From an uncultured cyanobacterium (GTDB lineage Bacteria; Cyanobacteriota; Cyanobacteriia; PCC-6307; Cyanobiaceae), in contig CAVONQ010000002.1 of assembly GCA_963697335.1 (NCBI GenBank), positions 32,001 to 96,000 on the forward strand: a DNA stretch of 64,000 nt, in the 5' to 3' direction. Under the pieces are notes generated by a model. It made no database searches and was not told where the DNA came from. It worked only from the letters and a program-made list of their open reading frames with translations. A program made the translations under genes and the position numbers. The stretch's first letter is position 1. Each line of letters starts with the position of its first letter. Shown piece after piece: positions 10,009 through 19,021 of this stretch.

Positions 10009-11330
10009 GCGCCCAACCGCCCGACGCCAGCGGCAGAAGTACCGGCCAGCTGGCGTTGCGCCTGCCCCGGGCCCTGCTGGAGGCGCAGCTGGCTGATCTC
10101 GGCCCCGTGGATCACGAGGGCCTGGTGGCCCTGGAGCTCAGCTGGCGCCAGGGGCGCATCACCGGGTTGCACCCCCTGGACGCCGCCGCCGCGGCCCAGC
10201 CGCTGCCCCTGGGTCTGCCGCCCCTGGTGGAGCCCCATGCCCACCTCGACAAGGCCTTTTCGGCCCAGCGCTTCCCGAACTGGGACGGCACCATGGCCGG
10301 CGCCCTGGCCCAGAACCAGAGGGAATACGGCGAGCGCAGCGAGGCCCTGGTGCTGGAGCGGGCCGAGCGCGCCCTGCAACTGGCCTGGCGCCAGGGGCTG
10401 CGGGCCCTGCGCAGCCATGTGGACAGCGTTGGTCCCGGGGCGGTGGCGAGCTGGGAGGCCCTGCTTGAGATCCGTCGCCGCTGGGCCGATCGGGTGGAGC
10501 TGCAGCTGGTCGCCCTGGTGCCCCTGCTCCACTGGCTCACCCCCGAGGGCGAGGAGCTGGCCCGCTGGGTGGCCGAGCGGGGCGGGCTGCTCGGCGGCGT
10601 GCTGGGCCCGCCCTACGGCGCCAGCCTCTGCGACCGCGAGGCCCTGGCGGCCCTGTTGGCCCTGGCCGAGCGCCATGGCACGGCAGTGGATCTGCACGTG
10701 GACGAGGCCGACACTCAGCCCGCACGGGGGGTGGAGCTGGTGGTGGGTCTGGCCCTGGAGCAGCGCTGCGAGGTGCCGATCGTCTGCAGCCACGCCGCCA
10801 GCCTGGTCCTGCTGTCGGATCGCCGCGCCGACCGGTTGGCGGAGCAGCTGGCCCAGGCGGGCATCGGCGTGGTGGCCCTGCCGCTCACCAATCTCTGGCT
10901 GCTGGGCCGGCGTCCTGGCCGCACGCCGGACCGACGGGTGCAGGCCCCGATCGCCACCCTGCAGCGGGCCGGGGTGCGGGTGGCGATCGGGGCCGACAAC
11001 GTGCAGGACCCCTGGTTCCCAGGCAGCGACTTCGATCCGATCGAGCTGCTGCGCCTGGTGGCCCTCAGCAGCCACGTGGTGCCTACCCGCCGCCAGGGCC
11101 TGGCACCCTTCAGCACCACGGCCGCCGCTTTGCTGGGGCTGGACTGGGATGGGGTGCTGCGGCCCGGGGCACCGGCCGACCTGGTGGTGCTGGCGGCGCG
11201 CAACTGGAGCGAGGTGATGGCCCGCAGCCCCCAGCGCCGGGTGCTGCGGGCCGGGGTGTGGCTGGAGCCGCCGCCGATGGAGCAGCCCTCACCTCTGCTG
11301 CGCGCAGTGGGACCACCGCCGCGCCAATGA
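10005..11330 (+). CDS. Amidohydrolase, cytosine-deaminase (CodA)-like family
   Basis: EPHAHLDKA, RSHVD, DLHVDE, CSHAASL and GADNVQDPWFP metal-binding motifs. Confidence 0.9.
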   Translation: MSAQPPDASGRSTGQLALRLPRALLEAQLADLGPVDHEGLVALELSWRQGRITGLHPLDAAAAAQPLPLGLPPLVEPHAHLDKAFSAQRFPNWDGTMAGALAQNQREYGERSEALVLERAERALQLAWRQGLRALRSHVDSVGPGAVASWEALLEIRRRWADRVELQLVALVPLLHWLTPEGEELARWVAERGGLLGGVLGPPYGASLCDREALAALLALAERHGTAVDLHVDEADTQPARGVELVVGLALEQRCEVPIVCSHAASLVLLSDRRADRLAEQLAQAGIGVVALPLTNLWLLGRRPGRTPDRRVQAPIATLQRAGVRVAIGADNVQDPWFPGSDFDPIELLRLVALSSHVVPTRRQGLAPFSTTAAALLGLDWDGVLRPGAPADLVVLAARNWSEVMARSPQRRVLRAGVWLEPPPMEQPSPLLRAVGPPPRQ

Positions 11331-11372
11331 TGGGGAGCTCAGGGCCTGTGTGCTCCCCTGGGTTGCGCTGCG

Positions 11373-12839
11373 ATGGCCTCACCTCCCCCCGCCGCTGGAT
11401 CGGCCCTGTGCCTGGCGGGGCTGCCGCCCCGGCCGCACCCGGCGGTGATCGCCCAGCTGGCTGAGGAGCTGGCTGATGGGATGGCCCCAGAGCAGGCAGC
11501 TGCTGGCGCTGCCCTGGAGCTGGTGGGGGAGGGGCAGCCGGCGGAGCTCGAGCGCCTCTCGCGGGATTTCTTCGACTACTCCCCCCTGCTGGTGCCGTTG
11601 TTTCGGGGCCAGCGGGCCCAGCTCGCGGTGCGGGCCTCCACGGTGGAGCAGGTGCGGGCCGTGGCAGCTGGCTGCGCCCGGCTGGGGGTGCCCCTGACCG
11701 TGCGGGGGGCCGGCACCGGCAACTACGGCCAGTGCGTGCCCCTGGCCGGTGGCGTGGTGCTGGAGCTGATGGGGCTGAATCGCCTGCGCAGCCTGGACCC
11801 CCGCAGCGGGGTGATCGAGGTGGAGGCGGGGCTGGTGATGGCGGCCCTGGAGCAGCAGCTGGCTCCCCACGGCCGAGCCCTGCGGTTGCAGCCCAGCACC
11901 GCCCGCAGCGCCAGCATTGGCGGCTTCGTGGCGGGCGGATCCGGCGGCATCGGCTCCCTGCGCTGGGGTTTTCTGCGCGATCCCGGCAACCTGCTGGGCC
12001 TGGAGGTGGTGACGGTGGAGCCCGAACCGCGGCTGCTGCGGCTGGATGCGGCGGCCAGCGAGCCGCTCAACCACGCCTATGGCACCAACGGCATTCTCAC
12101 CGCCCTGCGGCTGCCCACCACCGAGGCCGTGGCCTGGCAGCAGCTCGTGGTGGGCTTCGAGTCCTGGGAGCAGGCCGTGGCGGCGGCGTCCGCTCTGGCC
12201 GGCACCGCCCTGCTGCTCCAGGCCATCACCCTGCTGGAGGCACCGATTGCAGCCCGCTCCCCCTGGCCGGCGGGCTGCCCTGCTGCGGCACCCGGGGAAC
12301 ACCGGTTGCTGCTGCTGGCCGCCCCCGACAGCCTGGAGGTGCTGCCGGGCTGGCTGCAGGCCCGCGGCGGCGGCCTCCGCTGGCAGGCCCCCCAGGGGGA
12401 GAGCCGGGGCCTGCCGCTGCGCGAGCTCACCTGGAACCACACCACCCTGCACTGGCGTGCCCAGCAGCAGGGCTGGACCTACCTGCAGATGTTGTTGCCC
12501 CAGCCGGAAGCGGCCTGCCTGGCGGCCCTCAAGGAGCGCTGGGGCGACGACCTGCTCTGGCATCTGGAGGCGGTGCGCCAGCAGGGACGGGCCCGCCTTG
12601 CGGCCCTGCCCCTGCTGCGCTGGCAGGGCGAAGCCCCCCTCGCAGCCCTGATGCAGCAAGCGCGGGAGCTGGGGGCGGTGATCTTCAACCCCCATGCGAT
12701 CACGGTGGAGGACGGCGGCCTGGGTGCCATCGATTCCGACCAGGTGGCCGCCAAGGCGGCCTATGACCCTGGCGGCCTGCTCAACCCCGGCAAGCTCCGG
12801 GGCTGGCTGGAGCTGCAGCGGCAACGGCCCCAGCCCTAG
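11373..12839 (+). CDS. FAD-binding oxidoreductase (VAO/GlcD-type FAD_binding_4)
   Basis: VRGAGTGNYGQCVP, SIGGFVAGGSGGIGS, HAYGTNGI and C-terminal DPGGLLNPGKL. Confidence 0.9.
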   Translation: MASPPPAAGSALCLAGLPPRPHPAVIAQLAEELADGMAPEQAAAGAALELVGEGQPAELERLSRDFFDYSPLLVPLFRGQRAQLAVRASTVEQVRAVAAGCARLGVPLTVRGAGTGNYGQCVPLAGGVVLELMGLNRLRSLDPRSGVIEVEAGLVMAALEQQLAPHGRALRLQPSTARSASIGGFVAGGSGGIGSLRWGFLRDPGNLLGLEVVTVEPEPRLLRLDAAASEPLNHAYGTNGILTALRLPTTEAVAWQQLVVGFESWEQAVAAASALAGTALLLQAITLLEAPIAARSPWPAGCPAAAPGEHRLLLLAAPDSLEVLPGWLQARGGGLRWQAPQGESRGLPLRELTWNHTTLHWRAQQQGWTYLQMLLPQPEAACLAALKERWGDDLLWHLEAVRQQGRARLAALPLLRWQGEAPLAALMQQARELGAVIFNPHAITVEDGGLGAIDSDQVAAKAAYDPGGLLNPGKLRGWLELQRQRPQP

Positions 12840-13399
12840 CAGCCCAGGCTGAGCCGGGTGTCGGCGCCGGTCACGGGGTGGGTGCCCTCGGCGTCGCGGC
12901 AGAGCAGGCGCTGGTCGACCCGGTCGAGCAGGGCGCCGCTGAAGTCGGCATCGGTGACCGTGGCGCCGCTGAAGTTGCTGCCGGCGGCGATCACGTCGCT
13001 GAGGTTGGCGCCGCTGAAATCGGCGCCGCTGAAGTCCACCTTGTCCATCAGCACGCCACTGAGGTCGGCCCCGGCGAAGCTGGCCTCGGGGAAGGCGGCC
13101 TGGGTGAGGATGGCGCCGTGCAGGTTGGCCCCGGAGAAGTCGGCCTGGCGGCCGGAGGCGCCCGCGAAGGAGGTGTTGGCCAGGTCCTGGCCGCTGAAGT
13201 CTTTGCCGCTCTGGTTGGTGAGGGTGTAGTCCACCCCGGAAAACTCCGCAGCGGCTGGAGAGGCCCCGGCGACCAGGGCGCTGGCCACCAGGCCCAGCAC
13301 CAGGCCTAGCCCCAGGGCCTGCCGCAGCACCTGGTGGCAACGGCTCAGCCACAGGCTCCACAGTCCTGCCGGTGAAATGGTGCGGAGGCGACGGGCCAT
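12836..13399 (-). CDS. Pentapeptide repeat protein with signal peptide
   Basis: Hydrophobic leader ending AAA, ADFSG/ANLSG repeats, terminal GTHPVTGADTRLSLGC. Start uncertain. Confidence 0.88.
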   Translation of the reverse strand: MARRLRTISPAGLWSLWLSRCHQVLRQALGLGLVLGLVASALVAGASPAAAEFSGVDYTLTNQSGKDFSGQDLANTSFAGASGRQADFSGANLHGAILTQAAFPEASFAGADLSGVLMDKVDFSGADFSGANLSDVIAAGSNFSGATVTDADFSGALLDRVDQRLLCRDAEGTHPVTGADTRLSLGC

Positions 13400-13463
13400 G
13401 GCGAGCGGGGCGGTGGCGTTCACTCTGGGCCCCCTGGGCGCCGTCGTCAGCCTGGCGCTGCCG

Positions 13464-14732
13464 TCACCCTGGTGCTGTCGCCGTGGCGAGCAGGTGGCCC
13501 AGCAGGTAGAGGGATCCCGCCACCAGCACGGGCCCCCGGCCCGGCCCGGCCGCGGCCCGCAGTGCGGTGGGCAGGTCCGGGGCGCTGTGCATCCGGACGG
13601 CCTGGCTGGGGTCCAGGCCGCTGAGCAGTTCGCTCTGGCGCCACGAGGCATGGCCGGGCACCGGCACGATCCAGGCCTGATCCCCCGGGCTGAGCAGGGC
13701 CTGGAGAATCTCCGCACCCTGCTTGTTGGCCAGCATCCCCAGCACCCAGTGGCGGGGACCGGGTGGCAGGCCGTGGCGCCGGCCATGCCGATCGAGCTCT
13801 GCCCTCAGCCGTTGGGCCGCTGGGGCGTTGTGGGCGCCATCGATCAGCAACGGCAGGCCCTGCCACTGGAGCCGTTGCAACCGTCCGGGCCAGCGGGCTG
13901 CGGCAAAGCCCTCCCGGATGGCCGGCTCGGGCAGATCCCAGCCCTGGCGGCGTAGGCCCTGCAGCATCCCCAGGGCCACGGCGGCATTGAGCTGCTGCAC
14001 CTGCCCCGGCAGCCCCAGCCTCCAGGTGTTGTCATCCAGGGGTGTCACCCACGTCAGGCGCGCGCCCAGCCGGGCCGCCTGCTCCCGCAGCACCGCCTCC
14101 ACCGCCGGCGTCTGGGGGCCACTGATGGCCTCCACCCCCGGCGCCAGCGCCCCCGCCTTCTCCAGGGCGATGCTGGCCTCGTCTGGGCCCAGCACCTCCA
14201 GATGGTCGAGGCCGATGCTGGCGAAGCCCACCACGCGCCGGTCCGGATGGCAGCTGGTGGCATCGAGCCGGCCCCCCAGGCCCACCTCCAGCACCACCAG
14301 CTCCAGGTCCGCTTCGGCGAAGGCCAGGAAGGCGGCGGCCGTCACCAGTTCGAAGGGGGTGAGCCGGTGCCGCTCGGCCACGGGCCGCGCCGCCTGCAGC
14401 TGGGCCCGCAGCTGGGTTTCCGAGATCGCTGCGCCGTCCAGCTGGATTCGCTCCGTCCAGCTGCTCAGGTGCGGTGAGGTGTAGAGCCCAGCGCGGATGC
14501 CGGCGGCGAGCAGGGCGGCGTGCACGAGGGTGCAGATCGAGCCCTTGCCGTTGGTGCCTGCCACCTGAACGGCGGCGAAGCGGCGCTCCGGGTGGCCCAG
14601 ATCGGCCAGGGCCGCCTGCAGGCGCTCCAGGCCGAGGTCCACGCCCCGGTGGCTGAAGGGCTGGATCAGGTCGGCGAACGGATCGGGGCTGGGCAGGGTC
14701 CCGGCGGACCCGGCTTGAGGGGCGTCAGGCAA
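13464..14732 (-). CDS. folC: Folylpolyglutamate synthase / dihydrofolate synthase
   Basis: VAGTNGKGS, YTSPHL, LEVGLGGRLDAT, WPGRLQ, DGAHN, AGSLYLLG; TTG start overlaps the argD stop. Confidence 0.95.
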   Translation of the reverse strand: MPDAPQAGSAGTLPSPDPFADLIQPFSHRGVDLGLERLQAALADLGHPERRFAAVQVAGTNGKGSICTLVHAALLAAGIRAGLYTSPHLSSWTERIQLDGAAISETQLRAQLQAARPVAERHRLTPFELVTAAAFLAFAEADLELVVLEVGLGGRLDATSCHPDRRVVGFASIGLDHLEVLGPDEASIALEKAGALAPGVEAISGPQTPAVEAVLREQAARLGARLTWVTPLDDNTWRLGLPGQVQQLNAAVALGMLQGLRRQGWDLPEPAIREGFAAARWPGRLQRLQWQGLPLLIDGAHNAPAAQRLRAELDRHGRRHGLPPGPRHWVLGMLANKQGAEILQALLSPGDQAWIVPVPGHASWRQSELLSGLDPSQAVRMHSAPDLPTALRAAAGPGRGPVLVAGSLYLLGHLLATATAPG

Positions 14733-15990
14733 GGCTGAGCAGGGCCCGCTCCAGCCGCGCCACGGCCTCGCGCAGCTCCCGGGGGCGGATGGTGAGCGGG
14801 GGCACGAAGCGCACCACGCCGGGGCCGGCCGGTACCACCAGCAGCCCCTGGGCCAGGGAAGCCTTGACCAGCTCCGGAGCGCTGGGCCCTGCCCCACTGA
14901 GCACCAGTCCCTGCAGCAAGCCCCAGCCGCGCACGCCCGTCAGCTGGTGCGGGTGGCGCTGCACCAGGGCGGAGAGTTCCTGGCACAGCAGCGCCTCCAT
15001 CGCCTGCACGTGCGAAAGCAGCTGCCGTCGCTCGATTTCGGCCAGCACCGTGAGGCCGGCCCGGCAGGCGAAGGGGTTGCCCCCGAAGGTGCTGGCGTGG
15101 TCGCCGGGGCGGAAGTGATCCACCGCCTGTTTCACGGCCAGGGCACCGATGGGGATGCCGCCCCCCAGGCCCTTGGCCAGGGTGATCGCATCGGGCTCCA
15201 CCCCCAGGCGCTCGTAGCCCCAGAGGCGGCCGCTGCGGCCCACGCCGATCTGCACCTCATCGAAGATCAGCAGGATCTGATGGGCGTCGCAGAGCTGGCG
15301 CACCCGCTGGAAGAAGGCCCGCTCGCCGGGGTGCACGCCCCCTTCCCCCTGCAGCGGCTCCAGCAGCACGGCCGCCACCCTGGGGCCCTCCGCCTCCGAG
15401 GCCGCGAGCAGGGCTTCGAAGGCGGCGGTGTCGTTGTAGGGGAAATAGCGGAATCCCTGCACCATCGGGGTGAACCCCTGGTGGTATTTCGGCTGGCCCG
15501 TGGCCGTCACCGTGGCCAGGGTGCGGCCGTGAAAACTGGCCTCCGCCGTGAGGATCAGCGGCGGCCGTTCCACCGTGCCCACCAGGCCCCGCACCACCTG
15601 GGCGTGCTTGCGGGCCAGCTTGATGGCGGCCTCGTTGGCCTCGGCGCCGGAGTTGCAGAAGAAGACCCGATCGAAGCAGCTGCGGGCCGTGATCGTGGCG
15701 GCGAGCTGCTCCTGTTCCGGAATCCGGTAGAGGTTGGACACATGCTGCAGCCGGCCCAGCTGGCGGGCCAGGGCCCGCCGCAGGCGGCCGTCGCTGTGGC
15801 CCAGGGTGCAGACGGCGATGCCGGCCACACAATCGAGATAGCGCCGGCCCTCGCTGTCCCAGACCCAGACGCCCTTGCCGCGGCAGAGGCTCACCGGCAG
15901 GCGGGCGTAGGTGTCCATCAACGGCGACCCAGGCGAGGGCACCGGCGCCGGCTGCAGTGGCACCGACCCCTCCCCGGGGCTGGTGGGCAT
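14725..15990 (-). CDS. argD: Acetylornithine aminotransferase
   Basis: MDTYAR, FCNSGAEANEAAIKLARK, SFHGRT, FDEVQ, TLAKGLGGG, HASTFGGNP. Confidence 0.95.
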   Translation of the reverse strand: MPTSPGEGSVPLQPAPVPSPGSPLMDTYARLPVSLCRGKGVWVWDSEGRRYLDCVAGIAVCTLGHSDGRLRRALARQLGRLQHVSNLYRIPEQEQLAATITARSCFDRVFFCNSGAEANEAAIKLARKHAQVVRGLVGTVERPPLILTAEASFHGRTLATVTATGQPKYHQGFTPMVQGFRYFPYNDTAAFEALLAASEAEGPRVAAVLLEPLQGEGGVHPGERAFFQRVRQLCDAHQILLIFDEVQIGVGRSGRLWGYERLGVEPDAITLAKGLGGGIPIGALAVKQAVDHFRPGDHASTFGGNPFACRAGLTVLAEIERRQLLSHVQAMEALLCQELSALVQRHPHQLTGVRGWGLLQGLVLSGAGPSAPELVKASLAQGLLVVPAGPGVVRFVPPLTIRPRELREAVARLERALLSLA

Positions 15991-15995
15991 GGCAA

Positions 15996-16077
15996 TAGGA
16001 GCGGTGGGACTTGAACCCACATGCCCGAAGGCGCTCGATTTTGAGTCGAGTCCGTCTACCAATTCCGGCACGCTCCC
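15996..16077 (-). tRNA. tRNA-Leu (CAA)
   Basis: Reverse complement GGGAGCGTGCCGGAATTGGTAGACGGACTCGACTCAAAATCGAGCGCCTTCGGGCATGTGGGTTCAAGTCCCACCGCTCCTA; anticodon CAA, long variable arm. Confidence 0.97.
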
Positions 16078-16089
16078 CTGGAGAGGAGC

Positions 16090-17454
16090 TTAGGCGGCGC
16101 TGCTCCCCTGGGTCTGGAGATGGAGCTCGGCCGGCGCGGGCAGGCCGCCGCCGATCCGGTGGATGCAGGCGCCCACGGAGGCCAGCTTGTGCTCCAGGCC
16201 GGCGTAGCCACGATCGAGATACTCGAGGCCTCGCACGCTGGTGACCCCCTTGGCGGCCAGGCCGGCCAGCACCATGGCGGCCGAAGCCCTCAGGTCGGTG
16301 CCCTGCACCGGCGCGCCGCTGAGCTGGGCCACCCCCTCCACGAAGGCGATGTTGCTCTGCAGGCGGATGGCGGCCCCCATGCGCTGCAGCTCGGCCACGT
16401 GCTGCATCCGATTCTCGAAGATGTTCTCCGTGATCACACTGGTGCCGCGGGCCGTGGCCAGCAGGCTCATGAAGGGGGCCTGAAGATCGGTGGGGAAGGC
16501 TGGGAAGGGCTGGGTGCGCAGATCCACGGCCTGGATGTCGCTGGCTTCGATGGTGAGCCCGACGCCGTCGTGCTCCAGGCGACAGCCCGCCGCCTCAAGT
16601 TTGGTGAGCACCGCTCCGAGATGGTCCGGGATCACTGGGGTGACCCGGAGCCGGGAGCGGGTGATCGCGGCGGCCAGTAACAGGGTGCCCGCTTCGATGC
16701 GATCGGGGATCACGGCGTAGTCGGCGCCGTGCAGGCGCTCCACCCCCGTGATGGTGATCGTCTGGGTGCCGGCGCCACGGATGCGGGCGCCCATGGCGGT
16801 GAGCAGGCCAGCCAGATCGGCCACTTCGGGCTCCTGGGCGGCATTGGCCATGACCGTCTCGCCGTCGGCGAGTACGGCGGCCATCATCAGGGTCTCGGTG
16901 GCGCCGACACTGGGGCAGTCGAAATAGATGCGTCCACCGGTGAGACGTTTGCCGCGACCCGGGACCACCGCCGTAACCACCCCATGCTCGATGGTGACCT
17001 GGGCCCCCAGGGCCTTGAGCCCCTTGACGTGCTCCTCAACCGGCCGGGTGCCGATCTTGCAGCCGCCGGGCAGGGGAACCTTGGCCATGCCCATCCGGGC
17101 CAGCAGGGGGCCAATACAGAAGAAGCTGGCCCGCAGGCTGTTCACCAGCTCATAGGGAGCTGTGGTGCTGTGGATGCTGGAGCCGTCCAGCACGAGGCTG
17201 TCAGTCTCACGGCTGACCTGGCCGCCCAGGCTCTGCAGCATCTCGCCCATGCCCACGATGTCGGTGAGGGGAGGCACGTTGCGCAGCCTGATCTGATCCC
17301 GGGTCAGCAGGCAGGCGGCCATCAGCACCAATGCCGAGTTCTTGGCGCCATCGACCTGCAGCTCACCCTCGAGACGCCGGCCACCGGTGATCTGGAGCTG
17401 CGGTTCGGTCTTGGTCAGGTCGGTGGCAAGGGATGGCACGGCTGAGGCTGTCAT
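16090..17454 (-). CDS. murA: UDP-N-acetylglucosamine 1-carboxyvinyltransferase
   Basis: GAKNSAL, LRASF, LPGGCKIGTRPV, SVGATE, IPDRIEAGT, FPTDLQ, FENR, TDLRASA. Confidence 0.97.
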   Translation of the reverse strand: MTASAVPSLATDLTKTEPQLQITGGRRLEGELQVDGAKNSALVLMAACLLTRDQIRLRNVPPLTDIVGMGEMLQSLGGQVSRETDSLVLDGSSIHSTTAPYELVNSLRASFFCIGPLLARMGMAKVPLPGGCKIGTRPVEEHVKGLKALGAQVTIEHGVVTAVVPGRGKRLTGGRIYFDCPSVGATETLMMAAVLADGETVMANAAQEPEVADLAGLLTAMGARIRGAGTQTITITGVERLHGADYAVIPDRIEAGTLLLAAAITRSRLRVTPVIPDHLGAVLTKLEAAGCRLEHDGVGLTIEASDIQAVDLRTQPFPAFPTDLQAPFMSLLATARGTSVITENIFENRMQHVAELQRMGAAIRLQSNIAFVEGVAQLSGAPVQGTDLRASAAMVLAGLAAKGVTSVRGLEYLDRGYAGLEHKLASVGACIHRIGGGLPAPAELHLQTQGSSAA

Positions 17455-17781
17455 GGATTCCCGGACGTTCCCGGCCTTTTTGTCTGGGCATGTTGACAAC
17501 AAAAGGCCAGATCGTCTAGGTGGCCGCCGCTGGAACCGCACCATGGCCCCAGCCAAACAAGAGGCAGACTGGCTAGATGACCCACCCTGAGTGATCCCTG
17601 ACCCAGCCAGGCTTGCTGGTGCATCGGCCTGCCACTGAATGCCGGCACGAAACCTTTGGGGCAGGCCCAGCGGAGGTGCGCCTTCGCACACTGCGGGGTG
17701 GTTGTGCAGCGTGACAGAGGCCCCGGGAGCGGGGCGTCGGGGCGATGCCGTATGGTTCCGGGGTCGCAGAGCGGCGGCCAC

Positions 17782-17865
17782 GCGGATGTGGCGGAATTGG
17801 TAGACGCGCTAGTTTCAGGTACTAGTGGCAGCAATGTCGTGGGAGTTCAAGTCTCCCCATCCGCA
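17782..17865 (+). tRNA. tRNA-Leu (CAG)
   Basis: GCGGATGTGGCGGAATTGGTAGACGCGCTAGTTTCAGGTACTAGTGGCAGCAATGTCGTGGGAGTTCAAGTCTCCCCATCCGCA; anticodon CAG. Confidence 0.97.
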
Positions 17866-17876
17866 TTTCAGATTCC

Positions 17877-18125
17877 ATGATTCTCCTAAAAATCACTAAT
17901 TCCTCCGAAGTGGTGGCTTCGAAGGTCGGCAAGTTTCTGGAGAGTCTCACCCCAGATGGCATGGATCAAACCACCGTCGAGGACATCGTGGTGGGCAAGT
18001 TGATTGAGAACCTGCGGGCTGAGGGCATCAAGGGTGAAGTGGCGGCGGTGAAGGGGATGGAGCTGGAGGAGGCCGAGATCGTGATGCACGACGCCATGCG
18101 GGTGCGCCGCCACGAGTGCTTCTGA
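17877..18125 (+). CDS. Small hypothetical protein, probably conserved in picocyanobacteria
   Basis: 82 aa ORF MILLKITNSSEVV... with natural amino-acid composition; fills the gap between tRNA-Leu and the methyltransferase. Confidence 0.75.
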   Translation: MILLKITNSSEVVASKVGKFLESLTPDGMDQTTVEDIVVGKLIENLRAEGIKGEVAAVKGMELEEAEIVMHDAMRVRRHECF

Positions 18126-18135
18126 GGTCGGCCGC

Positions 18136-18957
18136 TTGCCCCCTGAGCTGATCAGCAGCCGCCGCAACCCGCTGGTGCGCCGCCTGCGCCAGCTGCACGC
18201 TGGCAAGGGCCGCCGGGAGCTCCAGCTGGTGCTGTTGGAGGGCACCCATCTGTTGCAGGAGGCGGTGCGCCTCAGCCTGCAGCCCATCGACCTTCTGGCC
18301 ACGCAGGCCTGGCTCGAGACGCACCGAAACTGGCTGGCCAGCCAGCCGCTGCCCCTGCGGCCTGTGCCGGTGACGACGGAGGTGCTGGCGGCGGTGGCCA
18401 CCACGGAGCATCCCGACGGCGTGGTGCTTACCCTGCCCATGCCAGGGCAAAGCTGGGGGCCGCCCGTCCCGTCACTGGTGTTGGCTCTGGATCGGCTTCA
18501 GGATCCCGGCAACCTCGGCACCTTGATGCGCACCGCCCTGGCCAGCGGAGTGGAGGCACTTTGGCTGCTTGAGGGGGCCGACCCGTTCCAGCCCAAGGTG
18601 TTGCGCGCCTCGGCCGGCGCCGCCCTGGCCCTGCCGCTGCAGCGCTGCAGCCGCGCCCAGTTGCTCGCTCGCCTGCAGGAGCTGGGCGCCGTCGCTGCCG
18701 ACCACCCGGGCCAGGCACCTCAGGTGGTGGCCGCCGTGCCCCCCGGCCCCGCCGCCCTGCCCTACTGGCAGCTCGACTGGCAACGCCCCACCGTGCTGCT
18801 GCTCGGCCAGGAGGGCTCAGGCCTGGCGCCGGAGCTGCTGGCCTGCGCCAGCCACTGCGTCACCATCCCCCACAGCCCGGCGGTGGAGTCGCTGAATGTG
18901 GCGGTGGCGGCGGCGCCGTTGCTGCTGGAACGGCAGCGCCAGCGCCTCACGGCCTGA
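18136..18957 (+). CDS. TrmH/SpoU family RNA methyltransferase
   Basis: LISSRRNP, LEGTHL, DRLQDPGNLGTLMRTA, GQEGSGL, VESLNVAVAA (SPOUT motifs). Confidence 0.92.
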   Translation: MPPELISSRRNPLVRRLRQLHAGKGRRELQLVLLEGTHLLQEAVRLSLQPIDLLATQAWLETHRNWLASQPLPLRPVPVTTEVLAAVATTEHPDGVVLTLPMPGQSWGPPVPSLVLALDRLQDPGNLGTLMRTALASGVEALWLLEGADPFQPKVLRASAGAALALPLQRCSRAQLLARLQELGAVAADHPGQAPQVVAAVPPGPAALPYWQLDWQRPTVLLLGQEGSGLAPELLACASHCVTIPHSPAVESLNVAVAAAPLLLERQRQRLTA

Positions 18958-19021
18958 GGCTCCAGCGGCAGACAGGCGACCGCTGGCGAGGGAGAATGCC
19001 TCCACCTGTGCACGGCCCCTG

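Noticed and set aside
12930..13200. Repeated ggcgccgctgaa units resembling a DNA repeat array
   Set aside because: Explained by pentapeptide-repeat coding (ADFSG); no spacer structure, so not CRISPR.
15991..16071. N-terminal extension of the argD ORF in the ORF track (also the extended starts of murA, ndhB, topA, sppA, birA and glsA)
   Set aside because: The extensions run through a tRNA gene or neighbouring genes; they are artefacts of longest-ORF calling.
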